From contig JAQWIL010000030.1 in NCBI GenBank assembly GCA_029248885.1, forward strand, positions 1,431-65,430: DNA of 64,000 nucleotides. Reading direction: 5' to 3'. The notes below the pieces were generated by a model. The model searched no databases. It was not told where the DNA came from and was given only the letters and a program-made list of their open reading frames with translations. The DNA is from Flavobacteriaceae bacterium (GTDB taxonomy: Bacteria > Bacteroidota > Bacteroidia > Flavobacteriales > Flavobacteriaceae). Positions 17,134 to 26,796 of the stretch are shown here, in pieces. Position 1 is the first letter of the stretch. Each line of letters starts with the position of its first letter. A program made the position numbers and the translations under genes.

Positions 17134-18680
17134 AAGATTCCAGAAATTATTTCTTTAATCTTGTTGTTACGTTTTATACTAAAGAATTGATTTAAATCCA
17201 ATTCCTCGCCACTAACTTCAGTCCATTTTATGTTCCCAGCCTTTATACTTTCAATAATCTTGTTCTCATCATTTAATGAAGATGCATACAAACTGTCGTA
17301 AGCTTCAATTGTTCCGTTATTAATAATTGACTGTATTGTTTTCACTCCTTTTTCTGTGATCCTAAAGATGGCTTTTTTAGCAGATTTATGAAAAACTTCT
17401 TCAATAAGTTGATGATATCTAAATTGAAAGCAATATAGAAATCGTATTGCGACTCGAATTGGTTCTTCTTTACTTAAATTCAGCAACTTATCTATTTTTA
17501 ATTTGTTAGCCTCAAATTTTGAAAAAATGTTTTTTTGATAACCCGATGAGTCATAAAAAGATCGTGACAGGCTTATTATAGGCTTACCTAAAACTGATGC
17601 TTCAAAAAAAGCAGATCCTCCATTGAGAACTACAACATCTGATTCCTCAATCAATGAAGCGGTTAAAATGTTTGAGTCTTCCGAAACATAGCTAATTCCA
17701 TGCTTTCTGCAGTAGGCCTTGTAATAGTCAATACAGTTTTTTGCATCCTTTCCAAAAATGTTTTTAGCCCATATAGGATGAAACCGAATAATTATATCAT
17801 TTTTATTAATAGTACCATTCGAAAATAAATAAGTTAAACCTTCTAAAGGGTGATCCCACTCATTATTTTTTCTTTGGAACTCACTTAAATGTTCCATTCT
17901 ACTTGAGGGAAGAAATAATACTTTAGCCTTTGAATTTGGATTTATTTTTTTCCACTCAGTTTCGATATGCTTGTCATTGAAGGACATAAATTCAGATTGA
18001 ACTGATTTTAACTTCCTCTTAGCTACAGGCAATAAAGCCCTATCAATTTGGTTGCTTGTTAGTGGTTTGTTTTTGAATTGGTTCCAAATTTTTGTTAAGC
18101 TCTCCGTCCCTAATGGACCCTCGTTTGGTGTAAGTAACATCCCTTTCCCAAACCAGGGTCTTTCAACACCAATAAAAGGGATTTTTAAATCCCGACAAGC
18201 AAACCTTATTGCTCGCATTAAATCCATTCTTCCATTAAAACCAAAAACAAAATCTATATTTTGTTTTTGAATAAATTCTTGAAAATTATACCTCATAGCA
18301 TTTGTAGACTCCAAAAGGGTGCTATAATGTGGGCTTGATTTAATGTTTTTCACTTCATTCGGCGTTTCGGCTCTTGAAGACGTGAATAATGTTGATAGTG
18401 GAATTTCTGAATCTAATTTATTTAAATCCTTGATTGGTTTTGGAGAAACTTTGTGGTCTAGATTGTGAAAAGCTTTTAATCCAAATTCTTTGCAAATCAA
18501 ACATGTAAGTTTTGAAGAATTTTTGATTTTTTTTGTAATCAAGGTATTGCAAGACGTAGCCCCTCCATTGCAACCAACCAAAAACACGTTGTTGTTTGTT
18601 TTGTCTAACAAGCTCTTTAAGAAAATTAAATGCTCATTGTGAGGTCTGTATGAGTACGTATTAACTATTGCGACGTTCAT
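17130..18680 (-). CDS. Uncharacterised 516-aa protein; candidate non-canonical glycosyl- or phospho-transferase
   Basis: No family recognised with certainty. The C-terminal half (VLFLPSSR...IIRFHPIW...ESDVVVLNGGSAFFEASVLGKPIISL) has the flavour of GT-B / Capsule_synth (KpsS-like) / TagF-like enzymes. The N-terminus has a C-x7-C...C-x2-C cysteine pattern. Confidence 0.3.
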   Translation of the reverse strand: MNVAIVNTYSYRPHNEHLIFLKSLLDKTNNNVFLVGCNGGATSCNTLITKKIKNSSKLTCLICKEFGLKAFHNLDHKVSPKPIKDLNKLDSEIPLSTLFTSSRAETPNEVKNIKSSPHYSTLLESTNAMRYNFQEFIQKQNIDFVFGFNGRMDLMRAIRFACRDLKIPFIGVERPWFGKGMLLTPNEGPLGTESLTKIWNQFKNKPLTSNQIDRALLPVAKRKLKSVQSEFMSFNDKHIETEWKKINPNSKAKVLFLPSSRMEHLSEFQRKNNEWDHPLEGLTYLFSNGTINKNDIIIRFHPIWAKNIFGKDAKNCIDYYKAYCRKHGISYVSEDSNILTASLIEESDVVVLNGGSAFFEASVLGKPIISLSRSFYDSSGYQKNIFSKFEANKLKIDKLLNLSKEEPIRVAIRFLYCFQFRYHQLIEEVFHKSAKKAIFRITEKGVKTIQSIINNGTIEAYDSLYASSLNDENKIIESIKAGNIKWTEVSGEELDLNQFFSIKRNNKIKEIISGIL

Positions 18681-19788
18681 AGTAAAACCTATTAATTGTT
18701 AAATAAATTAAAATCGGAATTGGCCAATAATCTAGTATTCTGTTTGTAACCAAAATTAAGCTTAACGCAATAAAAAAATTAAAATATTTTGTTTTATATG
18801 AATCCCTAACTAATTTGACAATAAAACATAGAAAAATTAAAAAAAGAAGAACCCCAAAGCTGGTTGCGTATGTGACATACTGACTATCTCCTGAATTGTA
18901 AAATGAGTTATTGATGTTGCCAATAAAAAAGCTTTTAGGATTCTCGAATAATATAAATAAGTCCTCAAGAAAATCAATCCTAGTTAATATGCTAGCAGAA
19001 CTGCCCAAGGTGTCTGATGAATTTAAAAAAAATAATAACGATTCTAATTTTAGTTTCCAATGGTATCCAGGCATATAAAAAAGTACCGTTTCGAGATTAT
19101 ATATTATAATTATTGATGAGATGAAAACAAAAAAAAGTTGTTTGCCTTTTCTTAAAAATCTTAGGTAAAGAAATATTAAAATTGGCATTAATGCTTGAGT
19201 CATTATCAAGTTTATGAAAATTAATGCTTTTAAAACTCTCTTAGTAATTTTATTATGGCTCAGGTTTTTAATTGAAACCTCATATAAATAAATTAATATA
19301 AGTCCATATGAACTGGGGTTGCCAACACCTCCAATAAAGGCTTTATTGCCCCATATGGTATTACTGTTTTGTAGATTGTAGAAGTCTAAAGAAACCCACA
19401 AGAAAAAAGAAACTAATAGCGTTTGATCAATTGCCTTAAAATTAAATTTAGCTGTAGACCCCATAAGTATAGGTACCGCTAAAAAATTATTAATGAACAG
19501 CCAGTCTCTTGACTCAAAAAAGGGTATTCTTATTAGAATTAATATCAGTGCTATAGAAAAAAACCCTAAGGCAAGTATGTTTTTTTTGAAGATATATTTG
19601 TTGGGTTTAACAATAAAAATATATATCATTGAAATTGATATAAATTTTAAAACTTGCCTAAGACTTTCGCCACCCCGAACCACCCCTTCGTTAAATTCAA
19701 AAAAATAGTTAATTATTTGTAAGTTAAAAACTAATGCAAGCCCAAAATAGATTAAAATGCTGTGCTGGAGAGGTAATTTAGTTTTCAC
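18661..19788 (-). CDS. wzy: O-antigen polymerase-like membrane protein (Wzy)
   Basis: Polytopic. Loop NKAFIGGVGNPSSYGLIL resembles the Wzy_C G..GNPN motif. GTG start. Adjacent to wzx. Confidence 0.55.
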   Translation of the reverse strand: MKTKLPLQHSILIYFGLALVFNLQIINYFFEFNEGVVRGGESLRQVLKFISISMIYIFIVKPNKYIFKKNILALGFFSIALILILIRIPFFESRDWLFINNFLAVPILMGSTAKFNFKAIDQTLLVSFFLWVSLDFYNLQNSNTIWGNKAFIGGVGNPSSYGLILIYLYEVSIKNLSHNKITKRVLKALIFINLIMTQALMPILIFLYLRFLRKGKQLFFVFISSIIIIYNLETVLFYMPGYHWKLKLESLLFFLNSSDTLGSSASILTRIDFLEDLFILFENPKSFFIGNINNSFYNSGDSQYVTYATSFGVLLFLIFLCFIVKLVRDSYKTKYFNFFIALSLILVTNRILDYWPIPILIYLTINRFYYERRNS

Positions 19789-19808
19789 TTTTGTTGAGTG
19801 TCAAATAT

Positions 19809-21110
19809 CTAAAATACAAGGTATGAAATTAAAACAGCAAAAAAACCTGCTAAATGGTATTTTATAAGGTGGGTTGAAAATTGTTTATCTTCCATGTAGT
19901 ACATAATAATCGAAGCAATTGAAGCTATTAAAAAAGAAATTGTTGTAGTTATAGCTGCAAAAAAAACTCCTTGGCTTTTCAAAAAAAATGCGTTTAAGAT
20001 GATGTTTATTAGGGCTGTTAATATTACCATTAAACTAATTTTTAAACTTTTACCTTGGCAATATAAATTCCTGCTATATAAAAGAAAAAATGTGTAAGTA
20101 TAATATGCTACCAATACCAGCTGATTAATCTTCACACTTCTAAGTAGTTTTTCTCCACTCCACCCCGTAAATATTTTTAAAATTTCTTCACTTAATATAA
20201 TTGCTAAAGTTGTGGAAGCAGATATTATAAAGATTAAATTTCTGCTTTCTCTAAGCACTGAAAGTCTGTTTTTGTAGTTGTCGTAAAATGAAACTGAATA
20301 ATAATTATTTAATGCTATGTATAAAATTAATATTATAGTAGCTATTTTATATGATGCGCTATACTCTGCAAGATCACTAATTGAAAAGTACGATGAAATG
20401 AAAAGTTGGTCGGAATAATTCAATAAATTATTAAACAAAGAATACATAATTAATGGTGCAGAAAAAATTGCTGCCTTTTTTATTTCTTTTTTAAAAAATT
20501 TGTTTGGCCGTTTAACTTTTATCCTTTTTAGAGTAAGTAGGAGAATTAGGAAAAGAAAAAGCAACTCTAAAGAAATCTTCGTTTCTGCATCAATCTCATC
20601 GAAAATAAAAAGCAGTAGAACAACTGATATAACCTTTGAAACTCCAGAAAATATTTGATGGTTTCTAAACTTCCTATCTTCTGAAATACTGGTCAAATAG
20701 TATTGAATCCAATAATTAAAATAATAAAATAAAAAAGAGATTGGAAGAAGCCAAAAAAGTTTAGGGTTTAAGGTAAAGTTTTTGATAAAGTTGGGAGAGT
20801 TTAAAACAATAATCGTTGTAATTAATACAGCTATTGATGAAATAATTCCAAAAAAGAAAATATTTGATGAAAACTTAAGGAAGAGCTCTTTGCTTGAATA
20901 AGTTGATTTGAATTTTAAAATCGCTCCCGGCAAATTAAGACTGAAAACGGCAAAAATTAATTGAGTGTAAATAGTATAAATCTCAATGTCTGTAAATGTT
21001 TTCTCGTCTAAGAATCTTATGACAATGAATGCAACTATTAAATAACTTCCCTGAGCAAATACACTTGAAATCAAGTAATTCGAAACTTTTTTTATTTCTT
21101 GAATTGTCAA
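19809..21110 (-). CDS. wzx: Polysaccharide flippase (MOP/Wzx family)
   Basis: 433 aa with about 12 hydrophobic segments and the N-terminal pattern typical of Wzx. TTG start with no nearby ATG. Confidence 0.7.
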   Translation of the reverse strand: MTIQEIKKVSNYLISSVFAQGSYLIVAFIVIRFLDEKTFTDIEIYTIYTQLIFAVFSLNLPGAILKFKSTYSSKELFLKFSSNIFFFGIISSIAVLITTIIVLNSPNFIKNFTLNPKLFWLLPISFLFYYFNYWIQYYLTSISEDRKFRNHQIFSGVSKVISVVLLLFIFDEIDAETKISLELLFLFLILLLTLKRIKVKRPNKFFKKEIKKAAIFSAPLIMYSLFNNLLNYSDQLFISSYFSISDLAEYSASYKIATIILILYIALNNYYSVSFYDNYKNRLSVLRESRNLIFIISASTTLAIILSEEILKIFTGWSGEKLLRSVKINQLVLVAYYTYTFFLLYSRNLYCQGKSLKISLMVILTALINIILNAFFLKSQGVFFAAITTTISFLIASIASIIMYYMEDKQFSTHLIKYHLAGFFAVLISYLVF

Positions 21111-21111
21111 A

Positions 21112-22047
21112 CTAAATTAAATTTTCAAAGTGTTTTATTGTTTTTGTAAGACCCTCGACAAGTTGGGTTTTAGGCTTCCAGCCACTTAGCTTTTCATGTG
21201 CTAAGTCTATGTTTGGCTTCCTTTGTTTTGGGTCATCCTGTGGTAGGGGGTGAAATGATATTTTCGACTTTGACGCTGTAATTTCAATAATTGTTTTTGC
21301 TAATTCAATCATTGAAAATTCATGAGGGTTTCCCAAATTAATGGGTCCAGTAAAATCATCTTCTGTAGTCATCATTCTTAGCATACCTTCAATTAAATCA
21401 TCTACGTACTGAAAAGATCTTGTTTGAGTTCCGTCTCCATATATAGTAATCTCCTCTCCTTTTAGTGCTTGAGTAATAAAGTTTGAAACTACACGACCAT
21501 CGTCGGTGTCCATCTTGGGACCATAAGTATTAAAAATTCTGATTATTTTAACCTTAACTTTATTTTGTCTGTAGTAATCCATGAAAAGTGTCTCTGCACA
21601 CCTTTTCCCTTCATCATAGCAGGATCTTATGCCTACAGGATTCACGTTTCCCCAATAATCTTCTGTTTGAGGATGAACTGAAGGATCCCCATAAACTTCA
21701 CTAGTGCTAGCTTGAAGTATTTTTGCGCCTACCCTTTTTGCTAACCCCAAGGTGTTTGTTGCCCCTAATACTGAGGTTTTTAAAGTCTTTATAGGATTAT
21801 ACTGATAATGCACAGGTGAAGCTGGGCAGGCCAAGTTATAAATTTCGTCCACTTCCGCATAATATGGTTCACATATATCGTGTCTAATCAATTCAAAATT
21901 GATGTTGTCAAGAAAGTTTTTAATGTTTTTTTTGTTTCCAGTAAAGTAGTTGTCTAGACATAGCACCTCATTGTTCTCATTGAGTAGTCTTTCACATAGA
22001 TGTGAGCCTACAAAACCTGCTCCTCCTGTAATTAGAATTCTTTTCAT
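21112..22047 (-). CDS. uxs: UDP-glucuronate decarboxylase (UDP-xylose synthase)
   Basis: [40 protein letters not shown] and RIFNTYGP motifs, very close to my memory of UXS1. Start re-set to ATG 22047. Confidence 0.9.
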   Translation of the reverse strand: MKRILITGGAGFVGSHLCERLLNENNEVLCLDNYFTGNKKNIKNFLDNINFELIRHDICEPYYAEVDEIYNLACPASPVHYQYNPIKTLKTSVLGATNTLGLAKRVGAKILQASTSEVYGDPSVHPQTEDYWGNVNPVGIRSCYDEGKRCAETLFMDYYRQNKVKVKIIRIFNTYGPKMDTDDGRVVSNFITQALKGEEITIYGDGTQTRSFQYVDDLIEGMLRMMTTEDDFTGPINLGNPHEFSMIELAKTIIEITASKSKISFHPLPQDDPKQRKPNIDLAHEKLSGWKPKTQLVEGLTKTIKHFENLI

Positions 22048-22054
22048 TTTTATT

Positions 22055-23098
22055 TCATTTAATGATATCAAAATTTACTCGATCTCCTTTTTCAACATTT
22101 TCAATTACTTTTTTACCAAGTATTTCATCAAAATATTTGGGATGTAAGCCATAGCCAGGTCTGACACTACGAATATCTTTGGTGGAAATCGTTTCACCTT
22201 TTTTTAAATCATTAGAAAAATATAATGATCTAGCAAATTGTTTGCCTTCTTCCATCTTTTCCGTAACAGGATAGTCATCTTTTCCGATAGCTTTTTCTGT
22301 TAATCGAACTTGATCTACCATTTCTTTAAATTCTTGGGGGGTTAAAGAAAATTCTGCGTCAGGGCCACCCAATTTTCTGTCTAAAATAAAATGCTTTTCA
22401 ATAATTTTTCCACCCATGGCTACAGAGCTAATGGGAACAACATTTCCTAAAGTATGATCTGATAAGCCAATTTGAGTATTAAAATCCCTTTTGAATGAAA
22501 CCATAGTATTCAAATTGGCATCCTCAATTGGTGCTGGGTAGCTTGATGTGCATTTAAGAAGTGCTATTTCGTTATTTCCCTCTTGTCTGCAGGTTTGTAA
22601 TGCCAGAATTATATCTTCCTTGCTAGCAACCCCTGTTGAAATAATAATTGGCTTTCCTTTCTTGGCAACATAACGGATAAGAGGAATGTCTGTTATTTCA
22701 AAGGATGCTATTTTATAGGCAGGAACATTAAAATTTTCTAAAAAGTCTACAGCCGAGAAATCAAAAGGCGAGGAAAAGCACTCAAGTCCAACAAGACTTG
22801 CTTCATGAATTAATTCTTCGTGCCACTCCCAAGGAGTGTAAGCTTCTTTATAAAGCTCATAAAGTCTTTTTCCTTCCCAGATAGTTCCTTTTATAAGAAA
22901 ATCTTCTTTTTCGCAGTTTAAAGTGATTGTATCCGCTGTGTAGGTTTGTAATTTAATACAGTCTGCACCCGCTTCTTTAGCTGCATGTATCGTTTTCTTA
23001 GCAATTTCAATGTTACCATTATGGTTGGCTGAAAGCTCGGCTATTATAAATGTTTTTTCACCGCCTATTGTGAAATTACCGATCTTAAATTTCTTCAT
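22055..23098 (-). CDS. pseI: Pseudaminic acid synthase (NeuB family)
   Basis: [38 protein letters not shown] and GLSDHTLG motifs plus a C-terminal SAF-like domain. The operon context supports the call. Confidence 0.85.
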   Translation of the reverse strand: MKKFKIGNFTIGGEKTFIIAELSANHNGNIEIAKKTIHAAKEAGADCIKLQTYTADTITLNCEKEDFLIKGTIWEGKRLYELYKEAYTPWEWHEELIHEASLVGLECFSSPFDFSAVDFLENFNVPAYKIASFEITDIPLIRYVAKKGKPIIISTGVASKEDIILALQTCRQEGNNEIALLKCTSSYPAPIEDANLNTMVSFKRDFNTQIGLSDHTLGNVVPISSVAMGGKIIEKHFILDRKLGGPDAEFSLTPQEFKEMVDQVRLTEKAIGKDDYPVTEKMEEGKQFARSLYFSNDLKKGETISTKDIRSVRPGYGLHPKYFDEILGKKVIENVEKGDRVNFDIIK

Positions 23099-23948
23099 TT
23101 TGTAAAATGCTATTTATTTCAAAGTCTAATGATTTATTGTCTCTTATTTTTTCAATTATTATAGCCCCATCACCACTTTTGACCATTAATGGGTTGGTGC
23201 TAAGTATTGTTCCAGGAGCTTCATTACCCTCGTACTCCCTTGTTTTTACCCAGTCGATTATCAACTTTTCTTTATTATAAAAGCTGAAAGCCCCAGGATA
23301 AGGCATTGATTGTGCGCGCACCCAATTATAAATATCATCAGATTTCTTATGCCAATTAATTATTCCATCCTTTGGAGTTCGTTTGCCAAAATAACTTGCC
23401 TTAGAGTTGTCCTGAGTAATTCTTTTAAAATTCCCTTTTTGAAGTTTTTCAATAACTAATTTAATAATTGTAGGATAAAGAGACTTATATTTTTCTAATA
23501 GGTCTTGTCCTGAATCAGTGAGTGAAATGTCTATTTTTTTTTGCTCAATTATGTCTCCTGTATCACAACCCTCGTCAATAAAATGCGCCGTTACACCTGT
23601 AATCTGCTCTCCATTTATAATTGCCCAAACATGTGGCGTTCTACCTCTATATTTAGGTAGTAACGACCCGTGTAAATTGATTGACCCTAGTGTTGGGAAT
23701 TTAAAAATATTCTCCTTCAGAATAAATATATAATTTACAGAAATAATTAAATCTAATTTAACTTTATTAAGAAGTTGTTCTGCTTGCTCTGTATTAGGTT
23801 TCCCAACATAAATAAGTGTGTTGTTTGATTTAGCGTATTGTTGTAAATCCAAGGATTTGTTATCTGTGAAAATTATCTTGGGTTTTATTTTTAGTTGTAT
23901 TAAAGTTTCAAACCCTAAATTTCCTGATGAAAAGTAACCAATTCTCAT
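23085..23948 (-). CDS. Formyltransferase (Fmt/ArnA N-domain type with Formyl_trans_C domain), in the operon position of PseH
   Basis: SINLHGSLLPKYRGRTPHVWAIING (the N-x-H and SLLPxxRG signature) and the DEGCDTGDII catalytic Asp region. C-terminal domain ASYFGKRTPKDGIINW...YNWVRAQSMPYPGAF. ATGA overlap with pseG. Confidence 0.8.
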   Translation of the reverse strand: MRIGYFSSGNLGFETLIQLKIKPKIIFTDNKSLDLQQYAKSNNTLIYVGKPNTEQAEQLLNKVKLDLIISVNYIFILKENIFKFPTLGSINLHGSLLPKYRGRTPHVWAIINGEQITGVTAHFIDEGCDTGDIIEQKKIDISLTDSGQDLLEKYKSLYPTIIKLVIEKLQKGNFKRITQDNSKASYFGKRTPKDGIINWHKKSDDIYNWVRAQSMPYPGAFSFYNKEKLIIDWVKTREYEGNEAPGTILSTNPLMVKSGDGAIIIEKIRDNKSLDFEINSILQNEEI

Positions 23949-24934
23949 AACAATGACTGAATTATGTTAATTATTCTATTACCACTCATCCCATCAAACC
24001 ATTTCTTTTGGTTCATTAATAATTCATCACGAGATGTTTTGTTAAGCAATAGATGACTTATATTGTTGATGAAAAAAGTTTTTTCTAATTTCCTAAAATC
24101 CCCTACACCATTGATTAGTCTTTCATTTAAAAACCCTTTGTAAATTTTTTCTTGATTTTCAACATAATAGCCTGAAATAACTGGCTTGTTGATTGCACAG
24201 ACTTCGTATAAAACTGTGCTAGCAGGAACAATAGCTAGCGATGAAGTGGCTATTAAATTAGCCATTTGTTGAGCATCTATATTTTGGTAAAATAAAACCT
24301 TCTCGTTTTTTGAATCCTCTAGTTGCTTTTGATAAGCTTTGCCTGTTACAACAATAATTTTATTAAAGAGATCAAACTCAACAATCCATGGGAGTACTTT
24401 GGCAGAGATATTCATTGGATCAGCTCCCCCGAAATTTATAAAAACTTGGTTGTTTGCCTTATTTTTGTTTTTTATGTGATTAAAGTCAAGAAACGGTTTT
24501 CTTAGAATTGCATAGGGCGGTCCAAGAAATAGTCTTGTATATTGAGCTTTCTGAAAATTGTTTTGTTTTAGACCCGCACAATGATTAATTACCGCATCTG
24601 CATACATAAATTCCTCACAAAGATCATCGATGTAGAGAATTTTGAAGCCGAGATCTTTAGCTTTTTTTTGATATTCGCTATTGAACTGATAACCATCTAG
24701 AATCAATAGCTTAAACCCAGCCTTTTTATATTTTAAAAATAAAGAAAATTCATCCGTGTCATCGTCTATACTATCGATATTTATATGTTTTGGTATTATC
24801 TCAACACACGATTTCTTATGAACAATTAAGCTGTAATTCCATGTGGTTTCTTGAATCATGTCGATTAAGGATAACGCCCTGTAGATATGACCCAAACCAG
24901 TTGTTGCATTTCCCTCTGCTCTAAATAAGATCAT
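23945..24934 (-). CDS. pseG: UDP-2,4-diacetamido-2,4,6-trideoxy-beta-L-altropyranose hydrolase
   Basis: N-terminus MILFRAEGNATTGLGHIYRALSL matches the PseG R.(D/E)....G.GH..R motif. GT-B-like size and operon context. Confidence 0.7.
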   Translation of the reverse strand: MILFRAEGNATTGLGHIYRALSLIDMIQETTWNYSLIVHKKSCVEIIPKHINIDSIDDDTDEFSLFLKYKKAGFKLLILDGYQFNSEYQKKAKDLGFKILYIDDLCEEFMYADAVINHCAGLKQNNFQKAQYTRLFLGPPYAILRKPFLDFNHIKNKNKANNQVFINFGGADPMNISAKVLPWIVEFDLFNKIIVVTGKAYQKQLEDSKNEKVLFYQNIDAQQMANLIATSSLAIVPASTVLYEVCAINKPVISGYYVENQEKIYKGFLNERLINGVGDFRKLEKTFFINNISHLLLNKTSRDELLMNQKKWFDGMSGNRIINIIQSLL

Positions 24935-25616
24935 GAATTAATTTGAATTTTAATTCCGCAAGTTTCCAATCAATTAATGTATCAATGTCTTGAACCTGGG
25001 TTCTTTCTAGCTCAATTCCAAAGGTGGGTTTAGATAGTAATTTCTTGCTTTTTTTGAAGCTACTTACTCGAATAAAATAAAACATCCCCGCATCGTGATA
25101 AAACGTTTTTAAATCCTGCGTTCTAGTTTTTTCAAATTGATTGTCAGCAAACACCATGGTTTGATCTGTTAGCTTATTTAGTCGCCGTTGAATAGGGTGG
25201 TCATACTCTGTAACTGGAAAGACGCTATTAAAGTTTTCATTATAAATGAGATTAAATGCTCTTTTTAAAAGGTTTTTGTCAATTAGAGGAGCAACTGGAT
25301 ATAAGCAGCAAATAAATTCTGCACTTTTATACCTCTCATAAGTTAAAATTTCAGATATAACTTCAGCAGTTGTTGCATTATCGTTAGATGAGCTTTCGCT
25401 TCTAAGAATATCAGCTTTTGCGCCATATTTCTTACAAATTTCTGCAATTTCATTGTCATCTGTGGATACGAAGACATCGTCAAAAATATTCGATGATATA
25501 GCTGATTCAATAGAATAGCTTATAACAGGCTTGCCCAGAAATTCTTTAATGTTTTTACGAGGTATGCGTTTACTGCCTCCCCTTGCTGGTATTACGCAAA
25601 CCACTTTATTTTTCAT
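24921..25616 (-). CDS. pseF: Pseudaminic acid cytidylyltransferase (CMP-NeuAc synthetase family)
   Basis: VCVIPARGGSKRIPRKNIKEFLGKP motif, 231 aa, operon context. Confidence 0.8.
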   Translation of the reverse strand: MKNKVVCVIPARGGSKRIPRKNIKEFLGKPVISYSIESAISSNIFDDVFVSTDDNEIAEICKKYGAKADILRSESSSNDNATTAEVISEILTYERYKSAEFICCLYPVAPLIDKNLLKRAFNLIYNENFNSVFPVTEYDHPIQRRLNKLTDQTMVFADNQFEKTRTQDLKTFYHDAGMFYFIRVSSFKKSKKLLSKPTFGIELERTQVQDIDTLIDWKLAELKFKLIHDLI

Positions 25617-26781
25617 AAAAATGATTAATTCTATTTATTAAATAGTTTTGATCATATTCCGCAAGTGTCGGAAACATAGCTATCGAAATACAATTCTTGA
25701 TGTATTCTTGACTTGAAATAAGATTGAATGATTTTTTGTTAAAGTAGTATGGCATTAAATGAACTGGAAAATAATGAATCTGACAGTGAATGTTGTTTTC
25801 TCTAAGGTAGAGGTATAGTTCATCTCGTTTTTCGACTTCAATAACATAAAGGTGATATGCGTGACCTTCAATATATCCCGATTGACCTTTTATCCATTTC
25901 TTGTTTTGAAATGCCTCGTAATAAGTCTTTGCAATTCTAGTTCTTTTTTCAATTCCTTTATCTGCTTTACTCAATTGACTAATTCCCAAGGCAGCTTGGA
26001 AGTCTGTGAGTCTATAGTTATAACCTAAATTTTGCATTTCATAATACCACAGTGGGGCTTGCTGATTTTCTTGGAAGAAACCACTAGAATAAGAAAATAA
26101 TTTTTTGTCTTTAGTTATTCCGTGTGTCCGAAGCAGGTTTATTTTGTCTGCCAAAGCTTTATTCCTTGTGGTAATCATTCCGCCTTCACCACAAGCAATA
26201 TGTTTTACAGGATGAAAGGAAAAAATGGCTAAATCAGCATAATAGCCATTTCCACATTTCTGCTTTAACCCAGAGCTGTCTATGAAAAATCCACCCGGTG
26301 AATGACAAGAGTCTTGAATTATCCAAGCGCCGTACTCGTCAGCTATTTTTCTCAAGCTTTCAAGATTAACTGGTCTGCCTGCAAAGTCTACAGAAACAAT
26401 CCCTTTTATGTTTTCATGTTCTTTAAACAATTGCTCAACATGATTTAAATCAATTAGATATGTATTTGGATCAATATCACAGAAGATTACCTCACCCCCA
26501 CAGTATTCGATACAGTTTGCACTTGCAGCAAAAGTAATTGTAGGGCAAACTACTTTGTCTCCAGGCTTTACGCCCAACGCTAGAGCACATAGGTGAAGAG
26601 CCGATGTGCCATTATTAACAGCAATTCCATAATCTGCATCTACATAATCTGAGAAGACTTGTTCGAATTCAGCAATTTTTGGGCCTTGAGTTAAAAAGTC
26701 ACTTTTTAAGGTTGATATGACCGCTTCAACATCGTCTTGATCAATTGACTGTTTTCCATAAGGAATTATGTTTTGTGGCAT
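25606..26781 (-). CDS. pseC: UDP-4-amino-4,6-dideoxy-N-acetyl-beta-L-altrosamine transaminase (DegT/DnrJ/EryC1 family)
   Basis: IPYGKQSIDQDDVEAVISTLKSDFLTQGPKIAEFE N-terminus and FHPVKHI (PLP lysine region). Confidence 0.85.
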   Translation of the reverse strand: MPQNIIPYGKQSIDQDDVEAVISTLKSDFLTQGPKIAEFEQVFSDYVDADYGIAVNNGTSALHLCALALGVKPGDKVVCPTITFAASANCIEYCGGEVIFCDIDPNTYLIDLNHVEQLFKEHENIKGIVSVDFAGRPVNLESLRKIADEYGAWIIQDSCHSPGGFFIDSSGLKQKCGNGYYADLAIFSFHPVKHIACGEGGMITTRNKALADKINLLRTHGITKDKKLFSYSSGFFQENQQAPLWYYEMQNLGYNYRLTDFQAALGISQLSKADKGIEKRTRIAKTYYEAFQNKKWIKGQSGYIEGHAYHLYVIEVEKRDELYLYLRENNIHCQIHYFPVHLMPYYFNKKSFNLISSQEYIKNCISIAMFPTLAEYDQNYLINRINHFYEK

Positions 26782-26796
26782 AAAATACTTTTTTTT

